From Balanoglossus misakiensis (taxonomy: Eukaryota > Animalia > Hemichordata), in NCBI GenBank assembly GCA_040954595.2, contig CM082590.2, positions 8,929,764-8,993,763 of the forward strand: 64,000 nt of DNA. Reading direction: 5' to 3'. A model generated the notes under the pieces. It saw only the letters and a program-made list of their open reading frames with translations. It did not search any database and was not told the DNA's origin. Within the stretch, counting starts at the first letter, position 1. The number at the start of each line of letters is the position of its first letter. A program made the translations under genes and the position numbers. Below are positions 13,131 through 43,100 of this stretch, piece after piece.

Positions 13131-13714
13131 AAAAAAAAGGCGGAAAAAAAATTTTTGGGAAAAATTTTTGTCTCTCTCCCTTCTCTCTCCTCCTCATCTT
13201 GTCTCCCTCCCTCCCATCCTACCTACCTGTTGCATGCCCCCCTCCCTGTGTCTCCCCTCGTTGCATGGCCTCCCCCCTCTATCTATCCCCGGTGTATGAT
13301 CTCCCCCCCCTTTGATTGACCCCTGATGCATGACCCCTCCCCTATGTTTTGACTTACCTGCAAATCTTCATCCTGTGTCCATGTTCCATCCACGTCCAGT
13401 CTTCTCCATATGCACCATCCACCTCCAGCGGGTCTTGATCTCGCGTCCTTCCACTTGCTAGTCACTTACCTTGACCACTAGGCCACGGAGCTGCATGCAA
13501 ACATATGCTCGGAACTTCTATATATTGGTCACATCACTTACTAATAACCTAGGAAAAGGATTTAGAGCCAATTTTTCGATAAAAAAATGGTTTTTACAGC
13601 TTTTAATGCATGGTAGAGTAAAGAAAAAGAGAATATTCCTGTTTAAAGAGAGAAAAAAAGGAAAAAAAAGTGGATCAAAGTACCAAGTACTTGGCCTATG
13701 GTTGAAAAAAAGGC

Positions 13715-13786
13715 CATTCTTACCGGGGCTCGAACCCGGGTCCGCCGCATGACAGTCCATGGCCCTGACCACTAGGCCACGCTAAT
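13715..13786 (-). pseudogene. tRNA-like Pol III element (anticodon GTC, Asp-like) with a non-pairing acceptor stem
   Basis: Minus strand reads TGGCCTAGTGG (A box)...CTGTCAT loop...CCGGGTTCGAGCCCCGG (T arm/B box), then a T run. Acceptor halves ATTAGCG/TAAGAAT pair poorly. Confidence 0.7.
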
Positions 13787-14252
13787 GTTTGTATGGTTAA
13801 TCAAACAACTAAGTTATGAATGCCACAACGTTATTGTATGTAAACAAGATGGCTCGATCTCGTAAAAGCAAGTACTTTTCGCCATGCTAAAAGAAGACTG
13901 AGCTTGTTTTCGGTCAATACTGTTGGCGGTAACGTTAATTCGATAGAAAGATGTTCATAGTTTGTACTTTACTGTCGAAAACACGCATTTTTCTAAGGGC
14001 TTTAGCGCGCCTGTGTTTGGGTCAAGTCACACGTCACGGAAGGCTAAAGGTCATGCACAGCGCTCTCTAGAGACGGTATCGACAATTAGTCAGTCACATG
14101 ACAGTCGCATGTAAATGTACTGTATACGTAATCAAGGTGCAATGACGTCACGGGGAAAAAGGGGAGGAATATGAGACTATAATGAGCGTCTTCCTAGTCA
14201 CGTGAGACGCAGTGGTCATCGACATCAATCTACCATAGAAAAAAATAAATAA

Positions 14253-14322
14253 ATCCCTGCCGGGAATCGAACCCGGGACCTCTCGCACCGTAGCCAATCG
14301 CTCTAGCCGCTACGCCACACAG
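14253..14322 (-). pseudogene. tRNA-like Pol III element (ACG in anticodon loop; 3' half tRNA-Pro-like)
   Basis: Minus strand TGGCGTAGCGGCTAGAGCGATTGGCTACGGTGCGAGAGGTCCCGGGTTCGATTCCCGG; acceptor stem broken; downstream T run. Confidence 0.7.
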
Positions 14323-14739
14323 TCATTTGCATAATTTGCATGAATACTAAGATATAACCTATAGACTATGCTCTTGGTGGTTTACTAAAGTTATTTTCGG
14401 CACGCTACGATGAGAACGGGCTTATTTACGGCCCGTAACTTCCATGGTAAAATAAATTCGATAGAAAGATGTCTGTAGTTTGTGCGATACTATCAAAAAA
14501 ACTTATTTCTAAGGGCGCTATCGCGACTAGTGCTTGGGCAACGCAACACGTACACACAACCGATCTGGAGACGCTATTAGTCGGTCACATGACAGTCGCA
14601 TGTAAATGTTCTGTAATCGAGGGGCAATGACGTCACTCGAGGGGAAAAGGGGAGGAATATGAGACCATGATGAGCGTCTCCTTAGTCACGTGAGATGCAG
14701 TGGTCATCGACATCAGTCTACTATAGAAAATAAAAATGA

Positions 14740-14810
14740 ATCCCTTACGGGATTCGAACTCGGGACCTCTCGCACCATAGCCAATCACTTTAGCCACTAC
14801 GCCACATAGA
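14740..14810 (-). pseudogene. Second copy of the 14253-type tRNA-like element
   Basis: Plus strand GGGATTCGAACTCGGGACCTCTCGCACCATAGCCAATCACTTTAGCCACTACGCCA. Confidence 0.65.
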
Positions 14811-15329
14811 TATTTGCATAATTTGCATGAATACTAAGATATAACCTATAGACTATGCTCTTGGTGGTTATTTTCGGCACGCTACGATGAGAACGGGCTT
14901 ATTTACGGCACGTAACTTCCATGGTAGAATAAACTCGATAGAAAGATGTCTGTACTTTGTGCGATACTATCAAAAAACTTATTTCTAAGGACGCTATCGC
15001 GACTGTGTTTGGGCAACGCTACACAGCCCTGGATTCTGTACACTTTGGGGGGGGGGGGGGAGAGAACCCCTCCAGAGGGCGCTTTGCAAGATGTCCGTCA
15101 AATACCAGACCACACAGCCAGATCACGCAACTTTTGCCTAACAAATATGGCTTTGGCTGCGCCAACTCATAACACTGTATTTTTGCAATTATAAATTATA
15201 TCGGAAAATAGTGACTTTAACCGGTTAAGATGGTTTGAACGTTGACACAGCTTTTACTTGTTACTTTATTTGGAAATGATAACACAGAAGAACACAATCC
15301 ACATCTATACTCTAGAAAAAATAAAATAG

Positions 15330-15398
15330 AATCCCTAGTGGGATTCGAACTCGTGACCTCTCGCACCAAAGTCAATCACTCTAGCAATTACGCCAAGA
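15330..15398 (-). pseudogene. Third, more diverged copy of the tRNA-like element
   Basis: Plus strand GGGATTCGAACTCGTGACCTCTCGCACCAAAGTCAATCACTCTAGCAATTACGCCA. Confidence 0.6.
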
Positions 15399-16414
15399 AG
15401 TAATTTGCATAATTAGGCTGAAAACTAACTGATAAGTTAATGGACTATAAGATTACGTTCTTGTACTTTACTTTTCGACTCGCTACAATGAGATTGAGCT
15501 TATTTACGACCCCTATATTAACAATTGAGATTGAGGGACTTGCGACAATAATTTTCCAGAGACTTTTATTTGTCCATACATGTATATTTATTTCAATAAA
15601 AACAAATTCATTACATACATAAGTAATTTCTTGCCTATTTCTGACGACCATGCTGGTGGTTATATTAATGTTGGTAGCAGCACACTTGTGACAGTGATTT
15701 TACAGAGACATTATTAAAATGCAAATAATTATTTTCCATTGAATTGATCTTCAAAAACCAAAATGAAATGAAAATAACTGTCCATACAATGTCTTCTTTT
15801 AATACTTTCATTTATTTTATTAAAAAATCCAAGTGGCATAGGAAACAATAGTATGGAATAAGAATCAAATTTATTGCATTCAAAGGCCTAAATATATTGC
15901 AAGTTGTTTTTAATGTCAACCTCTGCAAGAGTTTTTATTTTTAAAATTATTTATAGTACATTATGCAAATGGCTGCTACAATGAATGTACTGACAATTTC
16001 TTTTTGATCAGTCAACTACTAGTATTCGATAAGAAACAGAATGATTGAATAAATTGTTGCAAGTCTAATGACACTGGGAAGAATTTCTTTTTAGGGGAGA
16101 TTCTTATTTAGGTATTCATTACGGCCTGGACTTTACATTTTTTGCAGTGAGAGGGCAAAGCATACAAAGTGGTCTTAGCACGGGAGGGGGACACCCCCTC
16201 CCACACTGTTCACTTGTCTTAATTTACTATGTCTGCCAACTATTATTATGACTTGTATTTTTGGTTTATTCATGTCTTATTTTAATTATTTAAGTTTATG
16301 CATATATACAAATTGTCACTGTTATTTATTCGCTACGTTTTTGAAAGTTGGCATGGGGGAGGGGTTCACCCACTTTTCAATGAGGGGGGGGGGGGTCACC
16401 CACTTTTTGATATC

Positions 16415-17290
16415 CACATTGTCATTCACTAATGTAGTGGGGGAGGGGAGGGCTGCTTGATGACTAGGGGGCTATAGCTCACCTCACATTGTCATTCACT
16501 AATGTAGTGGGGGAGGGGGAGGGGTACTTGATGACTAGGGGGCTATATCTCACATTGTCATTCACTAACTACATGAATGCCTAACAGTCAAAATTTGTTC
16601 ATTTTGTTTGATGACTAGGGGGCTATAGCTCACCTCACATCGTCATTCACTAATGTAGTGGGGGAGGGGAGGGGTGCTTGATGACTAGGGGGCTATAGCT
16701 CACCTCACATTGTCATTCACTAATGTAGTGGGGGAAGGGAGGGGTACTTGATGACTAGGGGGCTATAGCTCACCTCACATTGTCATTCACTAATGTAGTG
16801 GGGGAGGGGAGGGGTGCTTGATGACTAGGGGGCTATAGCTCACCTCACATCGTCATTCACTAATGTAGTGGGGGAGGGGGAGGATGCTTGATGACTAGGG
16901 GGCTATAGCTCACCTCACATTGTCATTTACTAATGTAGTGGGGGAAGGGAGGGGTACTTGATGACTAGGGGGCTATAGCTCACCTCACATCGTCATTCAC
17001 TAATGTAGTGGGGGAGGGGGATGATGCTTGATGACTAGGGGGCTATAGCTCACCTCACATTGTCATTTACTAATGTAGTGGGGGAAGGGAGGGGTACTTG
17101 ATGACTAGGGGGCTATAGCTCACCTCACATCGTCATTCACTAATGTAGTGGGGGAGGGGAGGGGTGCTTGATGACTAGGGGGCTATAGCTCACCTCACAT
17201 TGTCATTCACTAATGTAGTGGGGGAGGGGAGGGGTGCTTGATGACTAGGGGGCTATAGCTCACCTCAAATCGTCATTCACTAACTACATG
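16415..17290. repeat. 70-bp G-rich minisatellite, ~12 copies
   Basis: ATGACTAGGGGGCTATAGCT at 16681, 16751, 16821 ... 17241 (period 70). Confidence 0.95.
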
Positions 17291-17699
17291 AATGCCTGAC
17301 AGTCAAAATTTGTTCATTTTCTCATCAAAGCTTGCAGATGTCTAACATTGTGATCCATGTTGAAAATACAGCTCAAAAGTACAACTCTGTAAATACGACC
17401 ACCCCTAAAAGTAGCAATGTTTATTTTCCCAACTTATACATTTTAGAGAGAAACAGTTCTCTTATCCGTTGACTGCCAACTAAGGACTTGGCTGTCTGAC
17501 CACTTATTCATAATGTCAATCACAAATTCAAACTAAGCTGTTCTTTTCTACTCTGTGGTGTACAAGGTACTCCGGTCTGGAATGTGGACGGCCCACACAT
17601 CAGCTCAAACGAACATCTCATACCTGTGAAAAAAACATACCAGACACATTATATTACAATTCAGTTTGGCATGGAAAATTTATGATTTTTATTCCACAA

Positions 17700-19990
17700 T
17701 TTTCAATAAAGATAACCATAAATCGATATAATAAAAAGTATAAAAAATAGAAGTGACTATTGTGTTCATCCTGAAACAAAGCAGACAGAACCAATAGGCA
17801 AAAAGCCAGGTTAGAAACACAATGTCTCAATGTTTGAATTCACAAAACACTATCAGAAATATCTCTTCTTTGAGTCATTCAAGAATTGTTTGATCTGCTT
17901 TCACTAAAATCAGTAATCTCATCTTTGTTTATCAATGTCATCAGTCGCCTCAGAGTGAGAAGATTGAGGAGTCAATGAAGTCAACTGTTCTCACCTTTTC
18001 CATTCATGGTCCGTGTATCCTTGGTTTCTGACTAAGTGTTTGGAGCATGTCAATCCAAGTCTAGGTTACCAAGGTGATATCATTATCATCCTGTTAATAA
18101 AAACAAACAAAACTGTGAGAATCATAATTTATTACAGCCTGTGTTTGGCTTACTTTAAAGTTGAACTACATCCACAGTACACTCCCATTTTCTAGAAAGA
18201 TCACAATCCCATACAGACATAAACAAACAACACACACTCTGTTAATTGAAGCCAAACACAAAATAGACAAATATTTTAAAATAGTATAAAAAATAGAAGT
18301 GACTAGTATGGTCATCCTGAAACAAAGCAGAATCAAATAAAGGCAAAAAGCCAGGTTAGAATCCAGTCTCGATGAAAAGTAATGCACTATGGTAAATTCT
18401 CTTGAACATGTTTCGTTTCCATACGCAATGTCTTATGAAAGAATTAGTTGATCTCCTTTCAGTAAAATCAGTAACCTCATCTTTATGATCAATGCTGTTA
18501 TCAGTTGCATGAGAGTAAGGAAACTGAGAAGTCAATGAGGTCAACTGTTCTCACCTTTTCCATTCATGGTCTGTATCCATGGTTTCTGACTGGTGTTGCG
18601 AGCATATCAATCCAAACCTTGAAAACCTAGGTTACCAAGGTGATATCATTTCCATCCTGTTAATATAAATAAACAAAACTGTGAGAATCACAAATTATTA
18701 CAGCCTGTGTTGTTAAGTTTGAGGGAATGTTTTTCACAAAAATCTCACAAATCCCATGCAGACAAACACAAGCAACACACAGGCTGTTCATTCAAACCAA
18801 ACACAAAATAGACACATATCTATATAAATTTGTAAAATAGTATAAAATGTAGAAGTGACTATTGTGTTCATCCTGAAATAAAGCAGACAGAACCAGATAA
18901 AGGCAAAAAGCCAGGTTAGAAACACAATGTCTCAATGTTCGGTAAATGCAAGAATTGTTTGATCTGCTTTAAATAAAATCAAGAAACAATGCCTTTAACA
19001 GTCGTATGAGTGAGGAAATGTTCTCACCTTTTCCATTCATGGTTCGTATCCATGGTTTCTGACTTAAAGAACCAGCGAGCATTACAATCGTCTCCATGGA
19101 AACCTAGGTTTAAAAAGTGATATCACTTACAACCTGCAAATAAAAACGCACAAAATAATTAGAATAAAAAATTATTTGGTAGGCGCCAAACTACATACAC
19201 AGTACACTCCTAATTTCTACAAACTTCACTGATCTCAAGCAAACATCAATATTATTTTAAAAAATATAAAAAGTACAAGTGACTATTGTATTCATCCTGA
19301 AACAAAGCAGACAGAAACATGGCAAAAGGCAGGTTAGAAACCAGTCTCAATGAAAATGCACACACTGCTTAAACATATGGTAAATTTTCTTGTACACATT
19401 CATTTCCATACACAATATCTCAGTGTTTAAATTCATCTTCTATCTTTGCAAGATTTTATACACTTTTACTAAAATCAATAATCTTTTCTTTGTTTATCAA
19501 TGTTGTTATCAGAGGCTCACCTTTTTCCTTTCGCGGTCCGTAACCATGGTTTCTGAGTTGGTTGATGCATAGAGTACTAGAAACACAAGACTGTCCCAGA
19601 AGTAATGCTGTTTTCGAGGAAGTCAATCCTATTCATGGATACCTACGTTTAAAAATTGATATTACTTACAACCTGCAAATAAAAATACACAAAATTGTGA
19701 GAATCATAAATTATTTGATAGGCGCCAAACTGCATTCACAGTTCACTCCAATTTTCTACAAAACTCACTAATCACATACATACAGACACACACAATATAT
19801 AATTATAAAAATTGGAGTGACTATTGAGTTCTTCCTGAAACAAAGCAGACAGAAACATGGCAAAAGGCTGGTTAGAAAATGTTTAAATTCACAATATGAA
19901 TACAATAGTAGAAATTACTCTTCTTCTATTTATGTAAGAATTGTGTGTTCTGCTTCCTTTAAAATCAATAATGTAATCTTTGTTTATCAT
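17700..19990. repeat. Diverged ~500-560-bp tandem units (4-5 copies) carrying minus-strand splice-like signals
   Basis: CTCACCTTTT at ~17990, 18550, 19023 and 19516; GTGACTA...CCTGAAA..AAGCAGA recurs in each unit. Confidence 0.8.
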
Positions 19991-20245
19991 TACCCCCCCC
20001 CCTCCACAGTACTTCCGGGTTGCAACCCCCCCCCCCCCCTTATCACGAACGATACTGGTGATGTGTAAAAGTCAGCTACAATTATCAACTTACTCTTCCT
20101 TATTTGAAGGTCCACGGGTTCTCCAGGATTCTTGATTCCACAGTCACGACAGCCACCAATGAAAAAAGTACAAGAATCCACGTGACACGTGAAACATTGG
20201 ATACATAAACACCAGCGACCATACACCGTTACACGGTCCGGTTAT

Positions 20246-20356
20246 GGTCTCATGTTAACGGTCAGAGGTTTGGTTAGTGTTAGAGTTAGTGTTCGTTTAG
20301 CGTTAGGGCTAGGGTTAGGCAGTTTCGCGCAATTCCCTGACCGTTAACACCAGACC
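20246..20356. mobile_element. ~110-bp MITE with degenerate telomere-like interior
   Basis: Imperfect TIR GGTCTCATGTTAACGGTCAG / CTGACCGTTAACACCAGACC; interior GTTAGT/GTTAGA/GTTAGG/CTAGGG repeats. Confidence 0.6.
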
Positions 20357-20392
20357 ACAGCCCGATACATCCACGGTGCAAGTTGGGTGGAT

Positions 20393-20775
20393 GGGCGCCG
20401 CCATTTTGAAATTGAGGTCAACAGGGGTCAAGCGCCGCCATTTTGTATGATGGCCGCGCGAAGGAGTCTGGGTAACCGAGACTATCAAGCGCCGCCATTT
20501 TGAATAGAGGTAGTTGAGGTCAACAGGGGTCAAGCGCCGCATGATGGCCCGCGCAAAGGAGTCTGGGTAACCGAGACTATCAAGCGCCGCCATTTTGAAT
20601 AGAGGTATTTGAGCTGAGGTCAATAGGGGTCAAGCGCCGCATGATGGCCCGCGCGAAGGAGTCTGGGTAACCGAGACTGTCAAGCGCCGCCATTTTGAAT
20701 ACAGGTATTTGAGGTCAACAGGGGTCAAGCGCCGCCATTTTGAATATAGGTATTTGAGGTCAACAGGGGTCAAAT
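20393..20775. repeat. Composite tandem array rich in YY1-type (CGCCATTTT) and AGGTCA-n4-GGGTCA motifs
   Basis: Alternating modules GAGGTCAACAGGGGTCAAGCGCCGCCATTTTG and GCGCGAAGGAGTCTGGGTAACCGAGACT. Confidence 0.85.
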
Positions 20776-22462
20776 AAAGGTAAATCGAAAACAAATCGAA
20801 CCGTGGATGCCATTGCCAAGGCTTTACCACGACAGTTTTGAGCTTTTTCAATAAATCAGAGATTGCGATGACAAAAATAAACCTAACCCTCGCCAGAATA
20901 GTTTTTTTTCAAGAAGAACCTCGCCCGTTATCACGAGCGCCAGTCTAATCATAATTACTTTGTTTCACATTGTGTAAGGGTGTTAGTCACCCCATGGCCT
21001 TGGTCGTGTAGGGATGTTAGTCATTTTATTTTTTCTCACCATTTAACCAACTTCATTTCAACCCTTTCACTATCATGGTTCGGTCTAAATCCATTGATTT
21101 CTATGGTAAGGTTGGACTTCTAAAGAAGAAACTGGGGGGGGGGGGGGGGGGGTTAGGCCCAAATGATGAAATAAAAAGATATGAAAGTCTTCAGATAGAC
21201 TAACAGAGAAGACAGAACAACTATCGAGTTCAGAATTTATGAAAAATATTTATTACTCTTTCAAAATTCTTATCACCTTTTTTTCATTGAATAACATAAA
21301 AATTCACATAAGGCAAATATGTACAAATAAAATCTACAAAAATACTGAGATAGAATTTTTTTTAAACAGCTTCTTTAGACGAGGAACTATCTAGCCTTAA
21401 AGAACATGATTGGAAATATTTTGAGATAACTGCCTATGGATGAAACTGTAAAATCATTGTGCTTCTGGAAGATTCACAATTTGTGTGTTTATCCCAATGT
21501 TTCAAAAAATTATACAAAATAATATCCTCATTATTGAAAATACATTATGTTCATAAGTACATTTCTATATCTAGTTATTAAAGCATATCTTGATTAAAAT
21601 CAAGGTTTAAAATTTTCACACAAAAAATTGTGTTTGTCTTAACCATCACCATATATGGTATTTGTAATACCATATTAGTAAAATCTTTCCCAGCCACTAC
21701 CTTATATGGTCATCCTGATTTGCCTATCAAATGTACGATCCTTCAGTATCATATTTATTTAAATAAGTAAATGTTTAAATATCACAAGAAGACCATATTT
21801 GGAATTTACATACCAAAGTGTTCATTAGCTCTTCTAAAATGAAATAAAATAAAATGTACTTCTATCGTATCACAAAACTTTGTGATATTATAACACACAC
21901 AATAAAAATCTTAAATTACTCTCAAATACTAGTATATTGCACTCATTGTCACAGCATAAGTGGTACGTGTTATTATTGGAATGACAATTTTCATGACTGA
22001 AAGTGTTTTTGCACTGCATTGTGTTTCTTTCCACACAAAAAATGAAAAAAACGACATACTATAAAATGACCCACAAAAAACATGTATAAAAAGGCTAGTA
22101 TTTTTGCTTTGAAATCCATCACTTTTGTATCCAAATATCAGTCAAATATGCACTAGAAAAACTGCAAGACCTTTAACCCAAAGATATTTCAAAACTGGTG
22201 AACAAGGCACAAAATATACTATTAAGTATTCAAAGAAAAAATGTGCCATTTTTATGTAACTTCAGTAAATGTCCCAGCCATCACGGCACAATACAGTCTT
22301 GACTAACAGACAGACTACCACAAGAAAATGCCAAGCTGTGATTGGCTAGATTCTCTTGGCACTTTGCCAAATCTTCTTGGCATTTTATGTCGAATGTCAG
22401 AGTGGGATTTCTTGACCAAAATGTTGCCAGGATCTGCGAAGTTTTGTTGTATTTTGTCACGG

Positions 22463-42104
<19,642 letters not shown>

Positions 42105-42889
42105 CTTTGATGCCTAGATGTAAAATACAACAAAATAGTTTCATTTTCAAAAAACCCACAAGACTATTATTTATAATTCCATCAGCTATAACAGTCAGCT
42201 ATCATATCAGTACATGTGATCTCTTGATCGACATCAATTTTCTGAGTCTCCACAAATCATTACAAACTTTTAATAATAATAAATTTAACACTTTAACTAT
42301 ATTAACCCTTTCACCACCATGGTTCAGTCCAAACCCATTGTTCTCTATGGCAACCTCTCTAAACAGGGAACTGGGCCTGGGGTGAAAGGGATCATAAACA
42401 ACCACATAGAAAAAATAATAAATTGGCATATTTTCATAAAATATTGGTATTTTTAAAATACTAATATTTTATTAAAAATTTATATATACCGGTATACCAA
42501 TTTATGATTCAGACTCAACAGTTCAGAAAAGAAAACCAGTTCTCAGAAAAGAAAGTAAATCTGGTCCTTTAATGACCTTGATATCACGTGACAACGTCTT
42601 TTCCAGACGTAAACAATACGTTCACACACCTTGTCACGACTTTCTTGGAAAAGGTATATACATGTATGACTATACAGTACGTGGCGTTCGACAGGAAAGT
42701 AGTTTTCGTTCCAGTAACATGACACAATTGTCAGCTTCGAGCTTAAGATATAAAGACAACCAACATGTTCTTGAAATAATGATCATATCGATCGATAAAG
42801 TTAAAAGGTGATCCCAGTTGTACCTGAGTGTTTTAATTCAACCCAACTTCATCGTGTAAAACGCAGAATTTCTACATAAAACGACTTAC

Positions 42890-43100
42890 CTTTCAAAATA
42901 AAAATATTGCCGCGTAGACTACTAGGGTCCAACCCGTTGGTCTGATGGCTTGCATTGTCTTGAGATATCACACACTACTTATTTCGACGCGACATTGATG
43001 ATAGAGTCCAGCGATCTCGTTGCTACCTACGCTACCGCCATATTGCAACTCGCAACTCGTCTGTCAAAGTCTTCTTCCGGTCAGCGACCACCCCGTTTTT
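42890..43100 (-). promoter_or_regulatory. Probable non-coding first exon/TSS region of the NEK gene
   Basis: Donor AAG|GTAAGT at 42890/42889; CpG-richer sequence with ATGGCGG and CCGGAAG motifs on the minus strand; only short uORFs; acceptor at 42114/42113 just before the ATG. Confidence 0.55.

Larger units (their letters stand above)
13700..15520. repeat. Diverged ~490-590-bp tandem units, each headed by a tRNA-like element
   Basis: Blocks TCGATAGAAAGATGT, GTCACATGACAGTCGCATGTAAATGT, CAATGACGTCA and TAGTCACGTGAGA(C/T)GCAGTGGTCATCGACATCA are shared among successive units, though not every block is in every unit. Confidence 0.85.

Noticed and set aside
13715-15398. Functional tRNA gene cluster
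   Set aside because: Acceptor stems do not pair and anticodon arms are inconsistent; kept only as tRNA-like elements.
4253-20952. Possible terminal inverted repeats of the whole repeat block (TGATTAGA…CGCTCGCGAT versus ATCACGAGCG…TCTAATCA)
   Set aside because: Only a short gapped match and no TSD; too weak to call element ends.
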